DNA from: Squalus acanthias
Lineage: Eukaryota
Length of the DNA: 64,000 nt
Assembly: GCA_030390025.1 (NCBI GenBank)
Contig: CM059430.1
Location: 62,372,001-62,436,000 of the forward strand
Direction: 5' to 3'
Part shown: piece by piece, positions 1 to 10,901 of the stretch
How the letters are laid out: each line of letters begins with the position of its first letter
Position numbering within the stretch: position 1 is the first letter of the stretch
Made by a program: the position numbers and the translations under genes
The notes under the pieces: model-generated
Databases searched by the model: none
What the model saw: only the letters and a program-made list of their open reading frames with translations
What the model was told of the DNA's origin: nothing

Positions 1-790
1 CTTGACTGGGGAATTGAGGGTGCATGATTAAAACGTGCAGATGACATTTTATGGTGAGTCGGGAAAGAAATTATGCTGCAGGTCGTGAAATGCAGCAGAC
101 GACATCGAAAGTTAGTTTGAAGGGCAGATAGATGTCTGATTTTGAATGCAGGGAAATGTGAAATAGTATATTTTTGCAGGTACATTTAAAAACAGGAAAT
201 GCATCTTGAACGGTATGATTTTAAATGCTGCAGAGGAGCACAGGGACCTCAATGAATGATTGAAACAGAAGTTTATTACGAAGTAAAAATACAAAGGGAG
301 TGTCTTGGTTTAGATTTTGGTGCCATCGAATACAGAAGCAAGGAGATAATGTTCAACTGGTGTAAGAGCTTATGTAGAACTATGGAAGAATACATAAAAT
401 AAATTAAACGGCGCTGCCTAACTGACCAAGAATGAAGAATTATTAATTGAGAAACGTGGACTTCTTTAACTGGAGCTCAAAAATTGCTGAGTGACTTGAT
501 AGAGGTTTTCAAAACTACAAGGCTTTATGAAAAGAAAATAGTGATAGGTTATTTTCACTGTCCAGTAGATGGTGGCGAGTGAGTACAACTTTAACATAAT
601 CGGAAAAAATAAAGGGAGAGGTACAATACTCTTTGCTTGTTTAGACTTTGAGATGTGGACGTGTCTGCCACAAAACGTTACTAAATCACAGCCCAAGAGT
701 TATTTTAGAATTGAATTAGTTGCATGAAAAAGAGGAATATTAACGATTGTGTGAATTTAAATGGAAAACGGAACTAACTGAGTGGAGAGA
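1..790 (+). mobile_element. Old degenerate CR1-like LINE 3' fragment (duplicated at about 17700-18760)
   Basis: Residual ADD-region, tatgaagaa..gagaaac..ggacttc and 3' endonuclease/RT-tail phrasing resembles other CR1 copies here; no ORF. Confidence 0.45.
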
Positions 791-1849
791 AAAAAAGTAC
801 AGACTTTGTTTCTCTGCTGTAAAACGCTTGTTAATGCACAGTCATCAATCCCGGGCAGCGAGGCAGAACAAGAGGAATGGATTCAATTCGTCTTGTATAA
901 TCGTTACATTCGGAGCTGACCCCTTGGTAACTGGAACCGTTCAGCTGCCTTTCTTCCAGTAACCAGCCACACAATGTTCTAACCCAGTAATTCAATTGAT
1001 CTACTTCCTCAATACTCACAGCATAATCATGGAAACTACGAGTTGTTTATAGCTGACGAGGCAACCACGCTAATATGGATAAATGGTTGCAGTTCTATTC
1101 TCTCTCTTGAGGCTTGTTAATTTTCTAGTTGCGTGCCAAACCATACAGCCTGCTTATATCTATATTATCCACGATTGTCAACATTTTAAATGCCTGTTTA
1201 GTGCGGTCTTTTGTCCAATAAAAATGCATTACGCTCTGTAGGGCTTTTCTCACAACTTAAGTAGTATGACCCGGATTCATTATTGTTGTTCGTCTCAGAA
1301 CTCTCTGGAATCACTATCCATTTGAAGATACAACCAAATGAGAATAATGGAGGTATTCGATTTTGGAAGCGACTTGGAGTTGTCAGGGCGCATCGAATCG
1401 AATAGGAATCATACGGAATTTAGAGAAAGGCATCTTATACGCCTTCATCTGCAAGCTGTTTTCAGAGGGATTATGGAAGAATCCATAAATTTGAGCGCCC
1501 TGCCTTCCAAACCAGGAAAATCGCCTGCACAGGAGATCAGAACACGGTAACGCAACACACAAGTCAAAACTCAGGCTTTGCAGTTTTACCCGCAAAAAAT
1601 GAATAAATCAGCAATCGTTGATTGATAAGAGAGGTCGTGTAACATCTACTTTTATTGAATTTTATTTGATGATATCAAGATACAGCAGAACAAATAGCGT
1701 ATCATTGCAGATATTTGTCATCTGTGAAATACTATAGATTGATCAAAAATGTGCAATGCAAGAGCGCTTTCATACAAATAATTAAATGAAAATTCCTCAA
1801 ATATTTAAGCAATAAAAAACGATTACACCCGCATTCAATGATATAACAC

Positions 1850-2229
1850 TCGAATATGTTGCACTGATTATTTTATTGTTGTAGACTGACAAATCTAGAG
1901 TCGCCTAGCTCCCTTGTTTTGTCTGTAATCCCATGTTTGGAAATATTGTAAATTGGTCGTTTTTCCAATTTTGTGGACTGCTGACGAAAACAATCACCAG
2001 AATAACACACAGACAGCTTGAGGTACACTACACGACCCGAGTCACCCAACCTTGTAGTCTCAGTTATCGCATGAATGTTGGTGCTGCACTGGTGATCTGT
2101 GTCTTTCTGATCCGCTACCCAGCCCCGGCTGATGGAACACAGTCCTCTCCTCTTCAAGCTAACATCTTGTAGTTAACTTAGTTCTGCTCAAACCTACTGC
2201 AGCATATCAACAATCTAAGCCTTTTCTAC
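1850..2229 (-). pseudogene. Decayed ITIM exons 6 and 7 downstream of copy A
   Basis: Aligns to copy C 46887-46988 and 46678. Acceptor atgcag->atgcgg, donor gtagga->ccgggg, remnants YAAV and ERTVFHQ. Exon 7 reads TKQGS* and lacks about 220 bp including the LTYAAI/TEYAQM segment. Confidence 0.8.
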
Positions 2230-2613
2230 CCGCATGGGCCAGAAATAATTATATATGTTCCAATGTGGCGAGTTCATTGCCTTCACCAGTTTACAGACTA
2301 CTGGTTAAGCATTGAATAGAACAACATAGGCTCGAACAAATTGCAGGAGGCACAATTAATGCAGTGATACAAGTGTGAATTTTAAGACCGGTGAGTACTG
2401 TGGTCGTTATAACTAATAATTAAACCTGTCAATATTCGTTTTACAATACAATGTTACGGAAATGATTAAGTGAGCGCTAGTTCCAGAACACGGTGTTGCC
2501 CAATTACAAATAATTTTGAATCGAAAATAGTTATTAATTAGGTAAATTTTCAACGAAGCGGGCCGATTTCTTGTCTGCTAGTTAATCACTTAAACCAGCA
2601 ATGCACCGGCGGC

Positions 2614-2716
2614 GCGGCTGAAATTGATCTTCGGTGGTAGCGCGAATCAGGCGATAGCGATTGGGCAACAAGTCTTACACCGCACTCGCATCTTTTCCGA
2701 AATCCAATTTCGCCCC
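2614..2716. mobile_element. ~100-bp MITE-like insertion (also 20588-20695), absent from copy C
   Basis: Ends GGCTGAAATT...CAATTTCGCCCC form an imperfect TIR. Empty site near 55295. Confidence 0.5.
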
Positions 2717-2892
2717 GAGGGTGAAATCCTTCCCGGCCGCCGTCAAGAATTTTTGTGAATACGATTAGAATGACCCATTAAAGGGGTCAAATAAATTTAG
2801 GAAATAGACAAACAGTTCTGACGTGATTAAGATATACATTTTTCTTCATATTTGAACCTTTTGCTGGGTGAATAAATAAAAGTAGCAGCTCC

Positions 2893-2927
2893 TCATGCCG
2901 GTTCGGTCCCATTACAGAAATGTTTCC
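2893..2927 (-). CDS. Copy A exon 5, short terminal tail GKHFCNGTEPA*
   Basis: Acceptor ttcacag intact. Homologous to copy C exon 5 but 2 nt shorter, giving a frameshift to TGA. Downstream donor lost (CTG|ctact versus CTG|gtacg). Confidence 0.72.
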
Positions 2928-5900
2928 CTGTGAAGTAATGAAATTTAATCATAATGAATGATTGAAATATTTACTGAGTTTGCATATCAATGCTTTAAAA
3001 GACCTTTCTAGAGTCGCTATAATGCCGAACGTCATTTTCAATTTCAGATTATGCTGTTAGTGTTTTAAATCTCACTGCAGAGACCAGGAATGTTGTTGAA
3101 CCATTCTGGGCCGGAGTCTCACACCTATTCAAGATACATTCTATTCATCATCCTGCGAAGTGGAAATTTCTGTTGCAAATATCCAGATAATCAGATCCTT
3201 TAATTTAAATTCTGCGAGTATTTCTGCGTTTTAAAGAACTGAATCTGTTGCTGTTTGGAACAATCAGCGCTCCCTGAAATCAGATAACACTGCCTTCAAC
3301 TTTAAGTCATAATTTAGTTCTCCATCCTCTGCGCTATTCGGAAACACTCACTCCCCCGTCCTCCTCAGGTCGCTGAAGTATTGTATGAAAATCAAATGTT
3401 TATAATAGATCTTACCTTTATTAATCTGCAATTGACAGTGCATCCCAATGATGATCAGGAGCAGCAGGAACGCTAATCCATCCACCGCATATCTAAAACC
3501 CGAGTAGTAAGAGGACATACCGACGCTAGCTGCAAGAATAATAGGAACAAATATATTAAGTTGTACATTGTGACGAGTGTTTCCTAAAAAGAGATCTCAG
3601 CAGAGTTCTTTGGTTGAACTATTGATGTTTTATTAACTCCGTAGTACAGAACGGCAATAAGGATGTTTTAATAAAAACTGTTATTCTTTTTTAGATATAA
3701 TATTGGGAGGGACTAATGCTTCTAATGGGTGAGAAAATTATGACATAAAATGCAAAGAGGGATTGGTGTAAGAGAGGTAATATACGAGCGGAATGTTACC
3801 CTTTACCGAATGGCTTGTATTTTTCCTTCACTTTTCTTATGTTCTTTACCTACTGTCTGATGTTATCCCAGGCAATTCGGTGGCAATTGTTTCGCCGTTC
3901 CCTTTAGAAAATGCCGAATTGCAGAAATCGGTTAAAACCCCCTGTTCACACATCTGTACTTTATTGAAGTAAGAATGTCTCTGTATAGTCATGGGGATGG
4001 TTTATTAAATATTGTCTGCCGAGTTTAGCAGTTCTTAATAAAATGATGTAACCGGCTGAAAAGCAGTCAGACAGTAAGAACAGTTTAAATTAAATGTATG
4101 AGACAGATCCCACTTCAGCCCGTGTGCCAAGATTAGAAGTTGGCCAAAGGGTTCATTTCAGAACTCTTCATTCAGAATCGCCAAAAAGCGGATCAGGATC
4201 GGGAACTGAATTGGGAGAAACCCGAGAGCAGACAACTTGACCGTAGCTCCTGGTAAACGTCCAGATGAAGCAGTCAACGGTAATGAATAAACATTTTAAC
4301 ATGGAAACAAAACAAAGAGTAACAATCAGCAAAATATGAAATATCATCGGATAATAAAGATAAGCCTCATTTTTATATGTGTTCTGTATCAAATACAGGA
4401 ATTGGAAGGCTTAATAATGTTTTACAGAGAATGTTTGTAAGGCAGACAATATACCCGGTTTTACAACACATTGGGTTCCACTAATCATTCAAACATGAAT
4501 TTTATGTCTTTGTTTATATTCCCATGAGTTTTCCGTGTACTCCAGCAACCATTCAAAAAGGTTTCCTTCATTTCAATTGCTTATGAAAAGATTTCCAAAT
4601 TCTTTCGATTCAGGTGCCCACGGCTCCGACTTACATCGTTCAGAAAGCCACATTCCTTCCTATGCTGCAGTACAACCACTTACACGCCATGGGCAAAGCT
4701 ATGGGAAATAAGCTTATAAATAGATTTCCAACGGTGGTGCGCGCAGTACGTTTGAGCATAGGCTATTCTATAACACGAAGGTGACTCCGGGGGTTAGAAT
4801 ATCATCGGTCGCCTGTGGTGTTTTGCTTCTTGCAATTTTATATTTGTTTCTTTCCAACTTGCGAATTACTTTTGTGCTGCCCTCTCTATCTTTGCCTTAC
4901 ACCTTCTTCTTTCTTAATCTTTCTATTTGTATGTTTGTCACACATTTTATTCATTGTGCTGTCTGTAAAGGTCTATCTAAAGATCTATGCAGCAATTTTT
5001 TGGATTTTGTCTGTTTCACTCCTAATCAATTAAATCGCTAATACTTCTCTGCTTAGGTAGTTCCAAATGTTGTGTATTGGCTCCCACAAAAGATACATTT
5101 TAATATACTCAAAGTCTATCTCTTATCATTGTTTACGGTCTTAATGACGTGGGAAGATGGAAGGCAATATGTACTTGGTGAAGGAGGCTTTTGGAAAGGT
5201 GATGCAAGATGCAGAGTTGAGAGAGTAAGTGGGATGGGGAGACTGTGTGCCTGGAAGGGGTGTAGGCAGATCTGTGGCCAGGACGAAACAATAGAATAGA
5301 TTTCGATTTGAAAGTTGGAGGGCAAGGTAGTCTTGAACCGAACGGGAGAAGGTACGAACTAGGATTAATCATGATGTCTTGTGTGGAAACATGATGGGAT
5401 TATGGTATGTTTTCTAGGTTGCTCGGTTTATCCAGCACTTGGGGGTAGAAGGTCATTGCTGAAAAATGAGAGATGGGAACACAGGAAATTAGTTTGTGTT
5501 TGCGAGTAATTTACACTGTAAAAACCTCACAGTGAATCGCCCATCAGAGGTCGGACTCAGGAGCCCCACTAGGAGACGCTCGAAGCCAGACAAACGAAGT
5601 GCCGCTCTTGTTCCTGCAACTCATGTAAGGAACCAGATAAAGGGAAACAAATGAGTTTTGAGTAATCAGCAAGAAATGAAAACAATTGGATAAAAGAGGT
5701 TCATGCCTGCTCATATTTGTTTAATAATTGGAAGCTGATAAGGTTTAACAGGCAGCTACTGGGTGAAGGGCGATAATAATCCTTAGGTTTAACAAAGTTT
5801 CCGGGTCTATAATATTTTACATTCAAACATTAATTTTCTCTTTACTTTGCTGTTTCCTGGGCGCTTTTTCAAACTAAATTTATGATTATTAATATGAACA

Positions 5901-7293
5901 AATTCTATGATATACCCTTTCAGAATATAACAGTAGCTGACCTCACTTCTTGGCCTGTTGACTTCGTACCTGGGTCGGAATTAACAACTGTGTGGATGAC
6001 AATGGCAGGACTCCGGAGGGAGGCATGAGATACCAAACAGATGTAAACAGCCCCGTTCGGCAAAGGCTGCGTCTCTTCCAAAGAGCTGGAAACTTCATAG
6101 AGTCCCTCAGTGTTCTGCCGTTCAGTGGAATTGATCCCAGTTGCGGTTTCGACGCCATTTTTATACCAAACCAGGGTTAATTCGCGCGGGTAAAACCCAG
6201 CCGTTTCACACACAAGAGTCAGAGACGCAGCTGAATTGCTCTTGGGTGTCCTGGGAACAATCTTCAATGGATTTGGGGCAGCTACGGAACAAGAAATGGG
6301 GAATATCAGGTTTCTAGTGGGATATTAAACATAAGATATGGGAGCACAACGGTATCCTCAGTCACTCCCTGAGAGAGGGAGCCGCGCATTAATCGAAAAG
6401 ACTTTCAGTCAGTCATCAATATATTTGGAATTTGTTCCGCAAATTCCATTTCCAGAAGTCTGATGTAAGAAATAAATTTTGAGATGAGTCGAGTAACATT
6501 TTACTTAATCTGGTTAATATTGATGACATTTTACACAACTTAGCAAATGGTACGTCATATTATGCCAAATAATTAGCAATTCTCTGCAGAGTTTTCGTGT
6601 AAATGTATTAATATAATTGGTTTACAATTTCAAAGACGGTGCAAAAAAAATGACAAAACTTCATCCTTGTTACATTTGATACATTTGGATGTTCCCGCTC
6701 ACTCCGGTCACTTACCGCACACAGTTAGATGTGATCCTGTTCCATTTCCAATAATTCTTCCCTGACGCATCACTGCGCAGTGATACGTTCCAGAGTCCCG
6801 GAAAGTCAGGTTCAGTAACTCAAAAAAACCGGGTCCTTTATCTTTCAGAGTAAATCGTTTTCTTTTATCGGCTCCGCTTTGCAGAAATTCTTTCTCATCA
6901 TGTTTCCACCAACACACTTCTATCCCTGAATTGTCATCAGACAGGTGGAATAAGCACTTGAAGGTGATGGCTGTCCCCATTAATGTAGTTACTTCTCTGG
7001 GAGTTTGAGACACGCTGATCGAAGTACGCGCAGCAGCTGTTAGAAAATACATTCAAAGTTTGGTTAATTGTATTCTGTGCGGAACCAGATACTTTTGAAC
7101 ACATTACTACATGGAACTGAAAATGAGAAAGAAGAATACAGACCGACTAACTATATTTCATTCGATTTGTGTGGAAACTACTTGAGGTATGATTTTTAAT
7201 TGAGACAGCTCGATTTGAGAATAATCAGGTACCTGTGTAAATGATCCCTGGGAGAGACAGGAACAGGAAAAGAAGCATCACACTCGACAACAT
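2893..7293 (-). CDS. Copy A: IgSF receptor, leader-V(J)-C1-TM-short tail, activating-type (SIRP/NKp30-like architecture), 5 exons, 280 aa
   Basis: Exons 7293-7233, 7036-6716, 6281-5970, 3529-3416 and 2927-2893, all with GT-AG sites and phase-1 junctions. Sum 843 nt, one open frame ending in TGA. Confidence 0.88.
3416..3529 (-). CDS. Copy A exon 4, TM with Arg and Asp (ASVGMSSYYSGFRYAVDGLAFLLLLIIIGMHCQLQINK)
   Basis: Acceptor tattcttgcag, donor AAAG|GTAAGA, 114 nt, same length as the copy C TM exon. Too short for the ORF track. Confidence 0.88.
5970..6281 (-). CDS. Copy A exon 3, C1-set Ig domain
   Basis: Acceptor ttgttccgtag, donor CCAG|GTACG, 312 nt. Motifs LVCETAGFYP, LVWYKNG, GLYEVSSSL and YICLVSHASL. 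Confidence 0.93.
6716..7036 (-). CDS. Copy A exon 2, V-set Ig domain with J-like G strand
   Basis: Acceptor ttctaacag, donor G|GTAAGT, 321 nt. Motifs ITFKC, VCWWK, DSGTYHCAV and GNGTGSHLTV. Confidence 0.93.
7233..7293 (-). CDS. Copy A exon 1, signal peptide MLSSVMLLFLFLSLPGIIYT
   Basis: ATG at 7293, hydrophobic 20-codon leader, donor ACAG|GTACCT in phase 1. Homologous exon in copy C. Confidence 0.9.
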
Positions 7294-7460
7294 TCCGAGC
7301 AAAAGATTTAACGGATCACTGACTGCACTGACCGTGTGTTTGCCACTGAAAGCAGGGTTTGCTGATTATTTAAACTGAAATGCGTCGCAATGACGTTTTA
7401 CATCCTGTGTCTTTGTGTTGAAAATAGGTTTCGTTTGTGAAGTGAAATTTGATGACCGTT
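7294..7460 (-). promoter_or_regulatory. Putative proximal promoter of copy A
   Basis: Conserved with copy C 60202-60370. TTTAAATA TATA-like box, ACGTCA CRE half-site, CAGGATGT ETS-like site, AAGTGAAA and GGTTTCGTTT IRF-like sites. Motif inference only. Confidence 0.45.
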
Positions 7461-8180
7461 CTGCTCTTAGGCAGCCATTGGAATCAGCTATGTCACGGTC
7501 AGCAAAGAATTAGGAAAAATATTCTCCGAATTTCAAAAGGTGAATTTACCACCGATCGCTGAGCCAATGTTGGCTTCTCTCAGATTAAGATGTCGAATGT
7601 GCACATTCCTTCTCGTGAATCTCGTGAGGCAAATATTCTTACACTTCCCTTAGGTTGTACGCTGCTGTTAACGCCACCCTATCTACTGGAAATGTCAAAG
7701 CTGAACAACATGGGAACAGTTCTAAATTGTTTATAATCAGTTCTTAAATAACAGCAACAATATTTTGTGAGAAAGGCTGGATCTGAGAAAATGACTGATT
7801 AACACAGTTGTTGTGTGTGGAGGCTGAAATTCTGTACTATAATGTCACACATTGCTGCGCATTCCACGGGATACTGTGGAGATCGTATTCATTGTGACGT
7901 GTTATATCTCGGGAGACCTGATGTTATTCCGAACACGGTAACCTGAATCTGAAAAGTCAGTAATAACGTAGGGACTTATTTTCACATTATAATAACCTTA
8001 TTGAATATTCAGGAAATAGAACTTTGATGATTCCATCAGAGAACTGCTGATGTGTGTTTGAGTTCAGGACTTCTTTGCAAATGCAATGTCCTGTTATCAG
8101 CGCGACCGGCCTAAATAGTTTGAAGGAAAATGGTGGTAGCCACGATTAAACTGTGCAAATTGGTTTGATAGAAGAAGTAT

Positions 8181-8944
8181 TTACCAATATTTTCCGACCC
8201 CCACGGGTGCGTACGAGGTGTGTAAGCGGCCATAGGGTCCGCACAAGTTTCGGGTTTATGCATGAGAAGCGCATGCGCTGAAACCCGGAACTAGCGATCT
8301 GTTAATAATTCTCTTGACAGATCCAAGGCTTGCCCAAGAAAAGTGTCTCTGCGGACCGAGAGTTGCGCTATTTGCTTAACTTCCGCCCGCTGAAAGGACA
8401 TAGAATTCTTACGCAGGTAAAGCAGGCGGAAGGCCTGCTTTTACCGGCATAGGAGTGTTAAAAATAGAAAAATACGATTTTTTTTCACTCAATTATAAAT
8501 AAAAAATCCTGTCCAATAAGCTAAGTTTATATTAAGCCCCGCTAAAATATATTAAAAACATTTCAAATAAATACATTTTTGTTCAACATTAAAGGCTATT
8601 TCAATTAATTTTATATATGTAATGTTTTTTTTTATTTTATTTCAGTGTGTTGGTGCATTTTTGAAGTCATCCCCATTCATACTTTTGACAGTTCCGTCCG
8701 TGCGGAACTGTCAAAATTATGAAGGGGGATTCCCTTCTTCCATTGGTTGAGCTGGCCCACGTGATAGCAGGGGCGCTTGCAAACCGCATGCGCCCCTGGG
8801 ATGCCTGGGCCTCTTCGCATTTTAAAGAGGAGAGGCCCACGATCGGAAACCACCGTATCTCCAGGACCAACAGGTAGGTTCGTAGATTTTTTGCTGATCG
8901 AAGCTTTCCGCCCGCAGGAAGCCACCGATCGGAAATTTTAGCAA
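8181..8944 (-). mobile_element. Older non-autonomous TIR element about 0.9 kb upstream of copy A
   Basis: Absent at the homologous site of copy C (about 61085). Ends attttccga / tcggaaattt. AT-rich core and the same E-box/CCAAT/GCGCATGCGC motifs as the 740-bp family. Confidence 0.55.
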
Positions 8945-9924
8945 TATAAACAAAATCAGTTCGTCGAATGAGCTTCCAAGTCAACAGCTCCATGGGCAAA
9001 AATATGTTAAGAAAAGTGAAGGGTAATATACCGTGATTTGAGGGGTATCCTAATGGGCTCTGATATTGCACGTGTCCACGGACGCCGCACTTCGAAAATG
9101 TAGGTAAGATTATGTGCGTAGTATAATTTTCTGATTAATTCATACAATCACTCACCCTTAGTTTTAGCTGATGTCTGTGGTCTAGTTTGGAGAGCAGCGA
9201 ATGTTTCCATTTGAAACCAGAAGCCACCACAGGATCCAACAACAAGACCAATCGGTATTTTTCTAGCGCCTTTAAAATAGATGAAAATCTCCCAAGAGGC
9301 TGCGCAAAATCGGAAGGAAAATGTAACTTAATTTCGGGTCCGCGTTATTTTATATGGAGGGTAAATTATGTTCAGCAACAGGAAGTGCGGAAATATTCCA
9401 CAGAATGACGTAACCCTCATGACAAAGGCTTTCTACCTTGTTGTAGCTCATAATAGGTTAAGGACACTGCTTATATTATGTAAGTCTGCATCAGCCATTT
9501 TATTGAAAGTTAAGGTACATTTTATAAAATACAGTCAATCTCGCATAGAGCTGAACAAGGAGATTCAAACTTGAGTGTAGTCATCAGACGACGCAGGGTT
9601 AGAGGCTGGGTGATATTTGGACCAGAGCATGCAGACGTACCTCTAACCCATTTAAAGTCATATACATTCTGACCTATAAATTCCGATATTCATTTCTACA
9701 AAATTTACTGTTAAATAGTTAGCCTGCATTTACACTATCTGGCAGTGGCGGCGCTGCAGTGCCACTAAGGCGGGGAGGGTGTAACGAAAGCTTGACGTAC
9801 TTAGTAGCATTTTCCATTGTAAATGGTACAGTGGACAGAAAATGTGCACAGATATAATAATATATGGTACTGACTGAATTCTGCCTTGATTGAACTGCCG
9901 CCTTTAAGATTATTAGAGTGTAGA

Positions 9925-10097
9925 TGCATTTAAGGGGCGGCAAAATAAGCATATCAGGGAGAAGGGAATAGAGCGTTATGCTGATAGAGTTAGAGGAAGA
10001 AGGATGCGAGGAGGCTCGAGTGGTGTATAAGCGACGGCATGCCCTGGTTGGGCCGAATGCCCTGTTTGTGTGCTGTATGTTCAATGTAATTCTATGG
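9925..10097 (+). mobile_element. CR1 3'-end fragment (paralogue 34870-35045)
   Basis: gggccgaatg..ctgt 3' UTR followed by an (attctatgta)-like tail. Confidence 0.6.
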
Positions 10098-10901
10098 AAG
10101 AAATCACCTGCCTGTTTAGGTAGGAGTAAAAGAACCCAAGTTATTTTTGAAGAAGAACGCGCTGTTCTCCCTGTTTCCTAGTCAGCAATCCTTCCCATAG
10201 AACTTTTTCACTGTGGTTTCTCTCAGTGAGAGTGATAACTGGTTCCAAACTGGCCCATTTTGTTCTGTGGTCCATGCCCAGCAGGAACAGGCATAACGGT
10301 TGTTGGAAGTTTTCTGTTAGAATCAAAGTAACGTCTGCCATTAAATTTCAATATCAAAGAGTTGCACGCTGCCATTGAACGAAATTGCAAGGACGTTCGT
10401 GAGAGTACATGAAGCATTTGTTTTAATTGCTTCCCGAAAATTTCTATTTGAACTAACAAATTAATACAACAATAAAATGTTGCTTTTCTTACCCACTGCA
10501 TGGGATATAAATCAATTATTTTTTCAATCACATAATACAGTTATATAAACCATTAAATATGTGCATTTAATATCTGTAGTTACATAAACCACAAGATCTG
10601 GCTTGCACTGAGTGGGGCTGTGAGCACTGAACTCAGAAACGAGGAGCTGTAATGCATGCTCGCTATTCTCTACACAGTCTATTCAAAGCAGTCACAGTGA
10701 TGCATGTTGAGAGCTGTCGGCTCCTACATTTTTGAGCTGGTTTTCCCCTGACAGAGTGCTATCGCTGGAAAGCCCTTACACTGTAAACTCTGGATTGTGA
10801 GAGAGGTGCTAGCTTCATTTGAAAACGTAAGCAGAATCTGATGAAAACACAGAAAATTCTATTGTATCAATTGTTAAATATTTTCTTGTAAATTTTGTAA
10901 T

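Noticed and set aside
112-2172. Short ORFs conserved between 112-2172 and 18081-20145
   Set aside because: Conservation reflects the recent duplication; no domain signal or exon structure.
3350-3373. Micro-exon right after the copy A TM exon
   Set aside because: It needs a ~43-nt intron and is not conserved in C; exon 2927-2893 has a clear homologue.
5528-5570. CACAGTG heptamer as a V(D)J recombination signal
   Set aside because: No nonamer at 12 or 23 bp, it is intronic and not adjacent to V, and copy C has CACCGTG.
5970-7036. Bona fide TCR or Ig light-chain gene
   Set aside because: V and J are in one exon with no RSS, there is no TCR-type TM pattern, and the paralogue has an ITIM tail.
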